From NCBI GenBank assembly GCA_001724265.1, contig MEDY01000119.1, positions 62,001 through 108,592 of the forward strand: 46,592 nucleotides of DNA. The letters are read 5' to 3'. The notes beneath the pieces are model-generated. The model saw only the letters and a program-made list of their open reading frames with translations, did not search any database and was not told the origin of the DNA. The translations under genes and the position numbers were made by a program. Below are positions 32,346-43,682 of this stretch, in pieces. The first letter of the stretch is position 1, and each line of letters begins with the position of its first letter. The stretch comes from Rhizaria sp. SCN 62-66. Lineage: Eukaryota.

Positions 32346-35300
32346 ATGGAACCCCCTGCCCCCGAGGGCGATGCTGCTGCTGACGGCTTCATTCCGTTCC
32401 GCGCGTATCACCTGGTGACGGACTGCGAGCAACTGGTGACGGCCCCAGGCCACCCGATGGGCTCGCTCCGCAACGCCTACCCGTCCACGCTCGCCTGGCC
32501 CCACATGCGCGTGCTGCGCGTGCTTGCCGCCCTATCAGGCGCACTCGATCTTCACGAGTTGCCGCTCACACAAGCTGAGGCCGAGATTGCCGATGCCAGC
32601 GTTGAAGACGCTGAGGCCGTTGCCCAGGTACGCTATCTTCTGACTTAGACTTTGGATTGCAAAGCAGATATCATACCTCCACCAATACGTTACCATATCA
32701 AGACAGATCATCCATATTTATCACAATTTCTTTATTTTATACTGCATTTCAATCTACCATCCTCACGATACTGTATCTTGCGTCGCTGTCCTGCTCAAAC
32801 TATTCCCAGGAGATTCTCCGCCTCGAGGTCGAGACCAAGCAGGACGACCAGGTCCTCGGCCTCTACACGGGCGCCGTCGACGCCAATGACATCTGCGCCG
32901 ACAGCAACGAATGCAACGGCGGCCGCGCCCTTCTCCCGCCCGCGCTGCGCAGCGCCATGCTCGCGCGCGCCAAGGGCGGCCCGCTCGGCGTGGGCCACGC
33001 TGGCGACGGCTCCAACGCCGCCCCTGCTGCTGCTGCGACGACAGTGCCGAGCGTGACCGTGGGCGGCTCGCTCGACGACGAGCGCATCGAGAACCTTGCC
33101 CTCGCCCTCAACATCAACGGCTCTGACGCGAGCACGAGCGCCGACGCCGGCGCCACGATCGCCAGCGCCAGCGCCACCGGCGTCGTCGGCTGCGGCTCTC
33201 TGCTCGCCTCCCCCGTCACGCCCCTCTCCCCGGAGCTCCGGGCCAGCGCCCAGGCCGCTGGCGCTGCGGCCGCGGGCGCCTCCGACGCCCGCAGCAGCAG
33301 CAGCATCAGCAGCGTGGTCTCGGTGCCCGGCGACGTGCTCTTCTCGCCCCAGTCGCCCGGCGCGGGCGCGGACGCGGGCGCGGACGCCGTCGTTGCGGTC
33401 TCCGGCGACAGCCGCAACCACCACGGCGGCGGGGGCGACAGCGACTTTGCGTTCTCGCCCCCGAACCAGCGCCAGACGGCCTTCAAGCCGCAACAGCCGC
33501 AGCCGCAGCCGCAGCCGGCGGGCAGCGCCGCCCGCAGCAAGGGCGGTAAACCCACTGCCTCTGCTTCCGCGTCTGCGTCTGCCTCTGCGGCTGCGGCTGC
33601 AGCTGCAGCTGCCGGTGCGACGAATGGCGGCGCGAGCGCCAGCGGCGTGCGGTGCGCGCCGTCGGTGATGGTGCCATGCAACACGGACGGGCTGAGCGAC
33701 GGCGACCTCGAGTCACTGCACAGCTCTGACTCGGAGGCGCTGTCCTCGTCCTCCGAGGACGACGACGACAACGGCGCCAACATTACAGGCGTCAACAACA
33801 CGAACAACAGCAACGCGCCGAAGAGCAAGAGCAAGAGCAAGAGTAAGCGGAAGGGCAAGAAGTTCCAGTCCCGCCCTGACGGCGACGACTCGGACTCTGA
33901 CACGACCGAGGACGACGAGGACGACTTTAACGCCAACGCCGGCGGCGGCAGCGGCTTCCCGTTCGGGCTCACGCTGCACACGAGCAACGCGAGCAGCGGC
34001 GCTGCCCACCGCGTGGGCCCCGGCGGCGCCAGAACGCCCGCGCTCGGCCTCGTGGGGCCCGCTGGCCTGGCCACGCCCGTCGCCATGGCCGACACCAACG
34101 CGACCTTCTACGGCGCCTCGGCCTCCGCGCCGCCCACGCCGCTGGCGCCCGCGCACGAGGCGGGCAGCGCGAGCACCTGCGATACCAGCAGCTCCGCGGC
34201 CCAGATGGGCGCGCTCATCATCACCGCGGCCAACGCCGACTCCAACGGCAGCGGCAGCAACAACAACAATAACAATCAGCAACAGCAGTGTGGCGTCGGC
34301 GGCACCGGGGACGTGGCGGTGCCGTCGCGCCCGTCCGTGTCGCTGCAGCCGCGGCCGAACTCGCGTCTGACGGCCGTCTCGGCCTCGGTCTCGCCGCACA
34401 TGCGCCGCCTCTCGCGCTCGCTCCTGCCCCCCGCGCTCGACAGCAACAACAACAGCAGCAGTAGCACAGGCGCGTACACGGTGGACGGCGACTATTTCCC
34501 GAGCACCATCACCAACAGCGCCAGCAGCAACAACCTCGCCAACAACAGTCTGGCACTGGGCCTCGGCCTCGGCCCCGGCTTCACGCCGCGCGCGCGTGAC
34601 CCCGTCTCGGCGTCGGCAGCGGCCACGCGCGCGCGCATGGCCGGCTCCGTCATGTCCGGGCTGTCGACGCGCGACGAGCTACGCCGCCTTGCGCTCCCGC
34701 CCTCGCCCTTTCCGCGCACCTTCGCCGGCTCGCTCTCGCCCGCGCCCGCGCCCGCGGCGTCCAGCGCCGGCGCCAGCGCGGCCGCAAACCGGGCGGGCGG
34801 CTCGCTGCTGTCGCCTGCGGCTTCCGCGCACAGCCACTCGGCCACGCCGCCCGACGCCCCCGCCGGCAACGCCGCCATGACCGCGGCCTCGATCGGCGCC
34901 AGCATGGCGAGCGCGCTGGGCAGCGGCGTGCTGCGGCTGGGCACGCCCGCGGCCGATGTGCGCGGCGCGGACCATTTCGGGCTCGCGCTGAGCGTGCCGC
35001 TGGCGCGCAAGGGCACGCCGATGCCCTTCAACCCGCGGCCCGTGGACTACACCCCGCTGCCGCACCGGCACGACTACCTGGGCCGCCACCTCACGCCGGC
35101 GCCCACACCCACGCCTGCGCTCTCGCCCGCGCCCGGGGCGGCGGCGCACACCGCGGCCGGCGCCCGCGCCGGCGCCAACGCCGGCGACTACTCCGCCAGC
35201 GCCAGCGCCAGTGCGAGCGCGACGCCCGTGGCGCACGTGTTCGGCGCGCTCAACAGCGCAAGCAACTACAGCGGTTACGTGGTCACGGGCACCACGCCGC

Positions 35301-38300
35301 TGCCGCTGGCACTGTCCGCCGCGGGCGGGCCGGCTGCCGGCGGGGTGGCGTCGCCGTTCGCGGGCGCGAGCCCCGCAGCGTCGGTGCGATCGCTGTCGGC
35401 CGTGCCGCGCCTGCCCGCGAACGCGCCCGGCATCTCGCCGCTGCCACCCCCCACCCCTGCGGCGGCGACTGGTGACACGCCGGGGTCCGCCACGCGCGCT
35501 CTCGCGCTCGCCACAGGCGCACCCAGCGACGACGAGAACGGGCTGCCGCCCCTGTCGGCCATTGCCACCTCCCACGCAGGCGGCAGCGCGAGTGCTAGCG
35601 AGTGGGGCGCGATGCTGCCGCCTTTCTCGCCCGAGTCGTCGGCCGCGGCCACCGTCGCTGCGCTGCCGCTGACGCAGCCGCTGCACGACGGTGCCGCTGA
35701 GGGCGCGGCCGCGCAGGACGCCGCGGGCCAGGGCAAGCCGCAGCACCACCTGCACCACCGCGGCGCGGGCGCGGGCGACCTCCGCGGCAGTCTCGGCGGC
35801 GCCGCGCTGCTGGGAAGCATTCAGGTGCGTTAATTTCGAACAAAAACAATACTTTAATCCTTCACATTTGTTAAAATGTCGTTTTATCTTATCTTTATCT
35901 TTTTTTCTGATGATCTCATTCATGCTGTACTTTTATGCTTGCTCGCTCTTTGTTTCCCTCGATAGGAAGAGGACTCTGGTATCTTCGGCGAGACATACCA
36001 AGGCTCTAACTCCAACAACGCCCATGTTGGCAACAACATGTTGACGCTGTCCACCAACTTCGTCTCGGGCTCTATGCTCACACCCGGCGGCAACGCCGGC
36101 AGCAGCGATGCCAACGATTACTCGGACGCTGCCGACGCGAAGCCCCTGACCCTGTTCGCGTTCATCCGCAAGTACTCGCGCTTCTACCTCAAGTACTTGT
36201 ACCGGCTGGCCTTCTGCCTGGCCGTGCTGGTCCACACGCTCATCGAGCTGCACATCGCGTCCTTCACACCGCACGCGCTCTTCCTCTCGCTCGCCGCCGT
36301 GCTGTCCTTTGTCGCCGCGGCGGGCGCGCTCTACGTCGGCGCCGAGGTCGCCAGCGACCGCGTCATCCCCACCGTGCTGGCCGCCACGCTCGCCAACGCC
36401 GCGGGCCCCGTCGAGCGCCAGATCATGGTCACGCGCGCGCGCGCCGGACTCGCTAAGGCGATCGTGGTGGCCATCTTGCTGGGGCTCTGGGGCATCACCT
36501 CGGACTGGTACCACGGCAACGACATGCTCGCTTCGGCCTACGCCGCCGCCGCCGCCGCCGCGGCCACGCGCAGTCGGCACAGCCACAGCCTCGCGCTGGC
36601 CCGCGCCGGCTTCGCAGGCGGCTCCGCGGGCGCGGACGGCGACGACGCCGCCTTTGCGGACGACGCGGACGTCGACAATGACGTGGTGCTGGTGATGCCG
36701 CACGATATGCGGCCCGACGCGTACGCCTCCGTGGCGCTCTCCACGGCCGCGCGCGCGGCCGCCGCGGTCGGCAAGGCCGGCTCAGCCGCGGGCGATGCGG
36801 GCGCAGTCGTCGGCCGCTCGATCGGCGCCACGACCAAGGGCGCGCAGCTCATTGGACAGAAGGTGTTCACCATGGGCGCGACCGCCGCCGATGCTGCCGA
36901 CGCGAGTGGTCCGGCTGCCCCTGTCGCGACTGCTGCCGTGGTAGGAGCTTCCGAGATCGAGGTTGAAACCGTTCTTGACAACAGTGGCGATGCGAGTGAC
37001 GTCACCGCTAAGGTTCAGAGCCTGAAGAAGGCCAAGACTGCCGCTAACGCTGACATTGCCACTGGCGATAACAACACCAACAGCAGCGTTGTGACCGTTA
37101 AACTGATGCCTGTTACCGAGCAGCTCTCCGACTCGATCGTGAGCTCTCTCGCCCACACCGACTCTCACGTCATCGGTCCCATCGTTGACGCTAACGCGAA
37201 CGCCACTAATGCCGTCGCCAATGCTCCTAGCGCGGTCGATGACGGCAATAAGGCGCTCACGTCTTCGTACGAGCTTGCCAGCGCGCTGCTCAACATCCTT
37301 CACGTCTCCGAGGCCATCACCAACGGCGACGCCGTTGCTGACAACAGCGTTACGCCCACGGAGACTGCGCCCGTGAAGCACAACGGAGATGCTGCCGGTT
37401 CGAAGCACAACAAGGGCGCCGCTGCGACCGCTGCTGCCGACTCTGGCGCTGACGACGCGGAGAACAGTGCCGGCGATGGCGAGGGCGACGCCGAAGACAG
37501 CGACGCGACCGTGGGCCGCCACGCGTACCTGCGCAAGCCGCCCGCGGTGGCCGTGGCCAACGGCAAGGCGGCGCCGTGCACACTGCCCACGGCGACACGC
37601 CCCGGCTACTGCCCCGTGCCCGCGCGCGAGCCCGTGCCTGCGCTGCGCACGGTCATGGGCAGCCTGCTGGGCCCCGACATCCACACGCCCACGACCAAGA
37701 GCGGCCGCCGCAAGGCCGCGCGCGCCGCCGCCGCTGTCGCCGCCGCGCGCCGCGCCCAGTCCCTCGTGGCGGCCGCGCGCGCATCTGCGGCCGCGGACGA
37801 CGCTGAGACCGAGATCGAGGCCGAACCCGTCGTAGTCAACCCCGCGGCGGCCGCGGCGGCCGCGGTGGCGTCCGGCGGCGTGGGCCGGCCCGAGCCGCCG
37901 CTGCCGCTGTACCACCGGTTCAACCTGGAGGACGACGGCGCGGTTGAGGCCGTGACCGAAGCCGAACTCCAGTTCTCCGGCGTTGGCGCGCACGTGTCGC
38001 CCTGGCTGATCCGGCTGTGGCAACTCACGTCGCTGCCGCTGCACCTCCTGCTCACATCTGGCGTGGCTCTCTATGTGTGCTACGTCTTCGCGCTCAAGGT
38101 TCGCATGCGCAGCGCGAACCGCGTGATCTCGGCCGAGCTGTGCGCGCCGGAGCACACTAAGGCGCGCGTCATCGACCTCGAGGTGCTTGTGTGGGACCTC
38201 ACGGCGCGGCTGAACCCGTACATGGCCGTGATCCTGCTCGCGGTCATGATGAAGTTCGTGTCGCTAACGTTCTACATCGTCGCCAGCGACCCCGAGTCGC

Positions 38301-38638
38301 GCTACGTGTCGCGCGTGTGGGAGAAGGCATACTTCCTCTTCGGCGTTGCGGTGCAGCCGCCCGTGCTGCTGCTGCTGGTCATCTTCGCGCTGGGCGGGCT
38401 CAATAGCGAGTGCGACTTCCTGCGTAAGATCATCGCGCGCGGCTTCATCCAGCAGACCGGACTGGAGAAGGGCTCCGCGCGCCAGGCCGCCGCGCTCATG
38501 GAGTTCACCAAGAAGGCGGAGATCTCACCCACGCTGCTCGGTATGCACGTCAGCTCGCTTACCGCGCTCACCACGCTCGCATCCGGCGTCGCTTTCTACC
38601 TCACCATGCTCAAGTACAAGTACCGCCAGTTCATCTAA
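32346..38638 (+). CDS. Seven-transmembrane protein, about 1989 aa, resembling gustatory-receptor-like (7TM ion channel) proteins; exons 32346-32627, 32810-35824, 35966-38638
   Basis: Two phase-0 GT-AG introns join ORFs 32346.., 32657.. and 36038.. in frame. Three hydrophobic helices at about 36190-36510 and four at about 38020-38620. C-terminus ISPTLLGMHVSSLTALTTLASGVAFYLTMLKYKYRQFI. Ends TAA. The gene model is solid; the family call is tentative. Confidence 0.75.
32628..32809 (+). other. Spliceosomal intron (182 nt, phase 0)
   Basis: CAG|GTACGC donor and ...TATTCCCAG|GAG acceptor, AT-rich. Confidence 0.85.
35825..35965 (+). other. Spliceosomal intron (141 nt, phase 0)
   Basis: CAG|GTGCGT donor, pyrimidine tract, ...CGATAG|GAA acceptor, AT-rich. 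Confidence 0.85.
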
Positions 38639-39245
38639 GCTTTACATCTGCGAAATCCGAGATTCGGTTTCTTTTTGTTCGTATTGTTAATTTAAGTGTT
38701 ATTTCTCTTCTTATAGCAACAGATTTGTTTGATTTATCTCATTATTTCTTCATGAATTAGTACGTACACCTACTTGTACAATACAACGACGATTTCAGCA
38801 CGTCAATTTCAGTGATAGAAACGATTGAATGAGTTTGTGATGCCAAATTATCGTACTTCTTTCCGTTGGCAAAGCGTGTTTGTACCATCACTTGGAAGCA
38901 GTTCCATACGAAATCAACAGCAATCATTTTGGTAGAACATTGTTAAAAATACGCGTGACAGTCCATGCTGTGGAGCGAATCAGAGACATACGAACGAAGT
39001 GATGGCTTTGGGACGATCTCTATTCTATTATGTGCATGTACTTGTACGTATTCGAACACAATGACGATTTCATAATACGGAGTGTAAGTATGCCAATGTA
39101 CGGAGCAATAAGGACAGTTTTAATATCTAATCAAATTATTTATTACGTACTTCTTTCTTGGTATGTATCTCTGCTATGTAACGAACTTTTCATTCCCAAT
39201 TATGCGACAGTTGTCGTCAGCATGTTGTGATGCATAGTTGCAAAC

Positions 39246-40818
39246 TTAAAAGCGACGCACCCCGCCACCGCGCATGACCTGCGTGAACGCGTTGCTGCCG
39301 CCATACACATCGTCGTCGTCGTCGCCGTCGTCGTAGTAGTCATTGCTGTTAACGCCAAACTCACCGCCCATGAATGTCCGAGCCTGCTGCGGTTGCTGCT
39401 GCTGCAGCTGCTGTTGTTGCTGCTGCACAAAGAGCGCACCACCAGGTCCGCCCAGCAGCCCGCCCAGATACACGCTGCGGCCGCCACCAGAGCTACTTCC
39501 GCTGTTATCATGTGCAGCCGCAGCTGCCTCTTCGTCGAAGGCTTCACTCGGTCTAGTCATCCCGCCGTCGCCGTCGTTGTCATGATCGCCCCACGCGTGG
39601 CCGCCGCCGCCCCACTGTGCGCGCGCCTCGGCCGCGCTCATCACGTGCGCCTGCTGCCCCTCGACCCCGTCCGCGCCAGCCGTCACGAAATTAAGCCGCG
39701 CGCTCCCGCGCTCGCGGCGCTGGCGCTCCTCCTCCAGGCTGCGCAGCGTCTCCGCGGCGCGCGCGCGCACGTACGCGCGCTGCTGCGCGGCGGCCGCAGC
39801 GCCGCGACGGGACGCCGCCTGCTCACGTTCAGCTGCGGTGGCCAAAGCGCCGTTAGCGGCTGCGCCAAAGTGTGCGCGGTCGCTCGGAGCCAGCTCCATC
39901 CGCCCCGCATTGCGACGAGACTGAGTCTTCTGACTGCCGTTAGCCCCCGCGCCGAGTCGCGAGCCCGCCAGCGCGGCCGTGATGCCGAGCGTGCTCCGGA
40001 GGAGCTCGTCCTGCGCCCGTGCATCGGCCTCGGCGGCGGTCGCGGCCTTGGCGGCGGCGCAGGCTTGCGCGCGCGCACGCGCCTGGGCCTTGCGCGAACT
40101 CTTGCTGCCACTCGCCTCACTGCCGTCTTCGTCATCGTCCTCGTCCTCGTCCTCGTCGTCGACGCCGTCGCGGTCCTCGTCCTCGTCGACCTCGCTGCCG
40201 TCGCCCATACCCGTCTGCTCGCTGTGGTGGCCGCGCAGCCGCGGCAGCGGGTCTGTGCGGCCGTAGCCCAGCACGGCGGGGTGCCGGCTGTCGTCGTCAC
40301 AGTCGTCGTCGTCCGTCGCGTCGCGGTAGCCCCGCACGTCGTCGTCGTCACTGTCATAGTCGTCATCGCTGTCGGCAAAGCCACTGCCGCGGCTCTTGCC
40401 CCGGCCGCTCGGACGGCCGCCATCGTCGTCGTCGTCGCCGTTGTCGCCGTCGTACTCCTCATCCGGGTAGTCGATGTCGCTGTCGTCCGTGTCAAACCCC
40501 GCCGCCAGCGCGCCGCCGCGGCGGCCCCATTCGTCCTCGTCTTCGCTCCCGCTTCCGCCGTCCCCCGCGGCACCGCCACGGCTCGCACGGCCGCGGCCGG
40601 GACCGCGGGCGTCGTCGCCGCGGCGCCGGGAGCCGCGCGCGTCGGCCGTGGAGTCGAAAACGAGCTCCTGCTCCTGCAGCAGCTCCCACACGTCGAACTC
40701 GTCGAAGTCGTCCGTCAGCAGCTCGCTCAGACTCACCGTCGCGCCGTCCAGCGCACCCAACTCGTCACCGCTCGGCGCGACGCCCCCGCCGCTGCCACGG
40801 CCGCTACTGCTACTGCTG

Positions 40819-40853
<35 letters not shown>

Positions 40854-43682
40854 GCGGCGCCTGCGCAGAGCGTCGCTGACGTGCGAGATGAACGCGGTGA
40901 GCGATGGCGTGTGCACATGGGCGAACGCGCCGTAGCCGTACGCGCTGCTGGTCAGGGCCGCTGACTCGGCGTCGGCAATGGCGGCAGCGTCGCCACCGTC
41001 TTCAGCAGCAGCAGCGGCGTTGTTGGCGTCAGCCGTCGTGTTCCTCGCGTCGTTCACGTGACTGGTGCTGGTAGTAGTAGTCCTACTGTGGTCTGTATCG
41101 TCGCGACCACGCTTGCGCCCGCGCGACGCCGCAGAAGTTAGGCCGCCAGCCGTGGAAGCTTGGCCGCCCAGCGCGTCCCTGCGGCGCAGCAGGTCGCCGA
41201 CAACTGCGGCTGCCGAGTCGCCGTGCAGCTTCATCGCGAGCGCGACCGTGAGCGGCGCCACCGTGAGCGGCGCAGCAGATCTCGCGGCAGAGGCAGACGC
41301 AGTCAGTGTGCGCCCGCCGCCGTTGCTCGCGGGCAACGCGGGCATCGGGAGACAGGTGTCGCTGTCACTGCGGTTGCCATCAGTGGTGCCCCCGATACTG
41401 AACGCAGGCCGCGGGCGCTGCGCCTGCGTCATGTGCGCGTCGCGATTGTTCTGGGCGTTCACAGAGGCAGCGTCGACTTCGACCAGCTCGTACAGGTCGT
41501 ACACGTCGTCGTCGCCGCCATCAGCCTCGCTGTCGCTGCTGCTGCTGCTGCTGCTGATGTCGTCAACAACATCACGCGCAGTCTTCGCCGAAGGCGTCGC
41601 CGCAGCGCTCGTCCTGGCGCTATCATGTGCATCCCTCCTGAGATCGACTGTAGCCACAGCGCGAATTGAGCCGTTCGCGCTCGTTGTCTCCGTCGTTGCA
41701 GCACTAGCATTCCCGTTATCGACAATCGCCGAGACCGTCGCTGCCGCAGTGTCCGTCGCCGCCGCAGTACTCGCGGTGGCGCCCGTGCTCGTGCGGGCGC
41801 GCGCGGCGGCGGCGGCAGAGCGCCCACGCGCGACGGGCTTGAAGCTGTACGTGGCGGGGTCGCGGGCCTTGCTCACTCTGCCAGCGGCGCCGCCCAGCGC
41901 GGCTAAGGCAGCCGCGGCGGCGCTTGCGGTCGCGGTCGCGGTGAGGCCCGGGCCAGCGCTGCCGCTCGCGGAGAGAGCGCTGCCGCTGACGACACTAGCG
42001 TTGTTGGCATGCGAGAGCGGAGCCAGGGGGAGGAGTGACTGGCGGTGGTTGGTGCCGAGGAAACCCGACGCAGAGACGCCGGTGCCGGCGACAGAGCCAC
42101 CGCCAGCGGCAACAGGAGCAGCAGAGGCAGAGCTAGAGGTCGCGCTCCCAGTCCGAACATCACCATCATCGTCGTCGTCGCTGCTGCTGCTGTTACTGTC
42201 TCCGCCGAGGTGACTCAGCGCCATCTCCCCCTTAGATCCACGCGCAACCTTAGACCCACCTTTAGCCTTGGCTTCGGCGGCGGCCTTCTTACTGGACTGT
42301 GCATGTGCCTGTGCCAGCGCCGCTTTGGCGGTGAGCCCCAGTGCGCCCGCGCCGGTCCTGCGGGAGGCAAAGTGCGCCAAGTATGCCGCCACGTCGGGGT
42401 CCATAGCACTGGCGGCCGCGGCGGAGGCTTCGGTGTCGGCGAGGTCGCTAGTGAGCGAGCCAGCAGCGCGGCTGGCGGCGCTACTGGTGGCTTTGTTTGC
42501 GACAGAAAGGGTTGCAGTGTGAGTGCCCGATGCAGCGCTAAAGGGACCGAAAACAGGCTTTGCGACCGCGTTGGTAGTTGCAGCCGTGGGCAGGCGCAGG
42601 ATGTGCTTGCCATTGACCATGGGGGCAACGTCGATGAATGCAGTCGCAACACCCGCACTCGCGCTTTCGGAGAATGGCGTCTCGGACATAGCAGCATTAG
42701 TACTGCTGCAGCTGCTGCTGCTGCTGCCGGAGGCTGGTTGCAAGCTGAGAGCGTGCGCGTGCTCAAAGTCGAGCCGCGCCTTGTTCGACATCAGACCAGC
42801 GCCGTTACTCCCACTCCCACTTCCGCTCGCAGTCGCGGTCGCGGTGGCAATCATACCCGCAATAGGGGTGGCGCTAGAGCTGTAGCTAGAGTTGGAGCTC
42901 GAGCCAGCATTAGAGCTGAGGTTGTTGCTGCTAGCGTGAAACGACGGGATGGTCGTAATACGGCGCCAGACCAACGCCTTTGGCCCCTGCTATCCCTGTT
43001 GCCGTTGCAGCTGCCCTGTCTCATGCTGCTGTTGTAGCTCGGTGTCGGCGTTGCCGCGACCGCTTAACTTGCTCACAAACTCAGCCGCCGCCGGCAGAGA
43101 AGAGAAGGGAGTCTCCAGTTCGGCAGGGAGCGAGGCCAAGCCGTCGGAGGGCAGCCCCGCCAGCGGCGTGTGGCTCATCGCCAGCGCGGCTGCAATGCGC
43201 GGGTCCATCTCCGAGTGAGCGATAGCGATCGCGCTCGCGCGACCGTTAGCGTTTGTGGGAGCAGGGTTAGGGTTCGAGCTTGAGCTGGCAGCGTCGGGGC
43301 CGGGTTGGGAGGACGGGGAAAGCGTGACGCGCGAGAGATGGTGCTCCAAAACAGACGCGGCCCGGGTGCCCACACTGGCAACGCCGGCGACAGCGTCAGC
43401 AGCAGCGGCAGAGATGGAGGCATTAACCGAGGCGGGGGCAGGGCGCTTGTTCGTGGGGCCGACAACAGCGCCCGCCCCAGCAGCTGCGGAAATCGAGATG
43501 TCACAGACAAGCGTCTCGTGGGCAATTTCGCGTCGGGAGCGCTTGAGACGAAGGACTTGGCGCGGGGCCGGCGCGTCTCCAGCTGCGCGGGCCGGCGCGG
43601 AGGCCGCGGAAGGACGGAACACCGGAGCGGTGTTGTCCATCGACCGGCGCTTGCTATTCAAAGGATTGCACACAGAAGACAT
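39246..43682 (-). CDS. IWR1: Iwr1/SLC7A6OS-like RNA polymerase II nuclear-import factor, about 1478 aa; in-frame TAG at 42992-42990
   Basis: N-terminal VLRLKRSRREIAHETLV (about 43556-43510), DDDVYDLYEL, and acidic GFDTDDSDIDYPDEE (40472-40455) match the Iwr1 LRxKRxR, YDxY and DYPDE pattern. ORFs 42990..43682 and 39246..42974 are one frame split only by TAG. Ends TAA. Alternative start at ATG 43640. Confidence 0.7.
40801..40851 (-). repeat. Trinucleotide (AGC/AGT)n microsatellite encoding poly-Ser
   Basis: A run of ctg/cta triplets on the + strand, read as a poly-Ser tract in the Iwr1-like gene. Confidence 0.85.
42990..42992 (-). other. In-frame TAG within a Gln-rich stretch
   Basis: Reads LQQQHETGQLQRQQG*QGPKALVWRR. 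Confidence 0.85.

Noticed and set aside
10495-42992. Pseudogene cluster, leaky readthrough, pyrrolysine, or A-to-I editing (UAG to Trp) as explanations of the TAGs
   Set aside because: No frameshifts or internal TAA/TGA. The 3' contexts differ (CAG, GAC, TCC, CGC, CTT, CAG) with no shared readthrough motif. No Pyl machinery is seen or known in eukaryotes. Trp fits poorly in a Glu/Ala helix or Gln tract. These are disfavoured, not formally excluded without RNA data.
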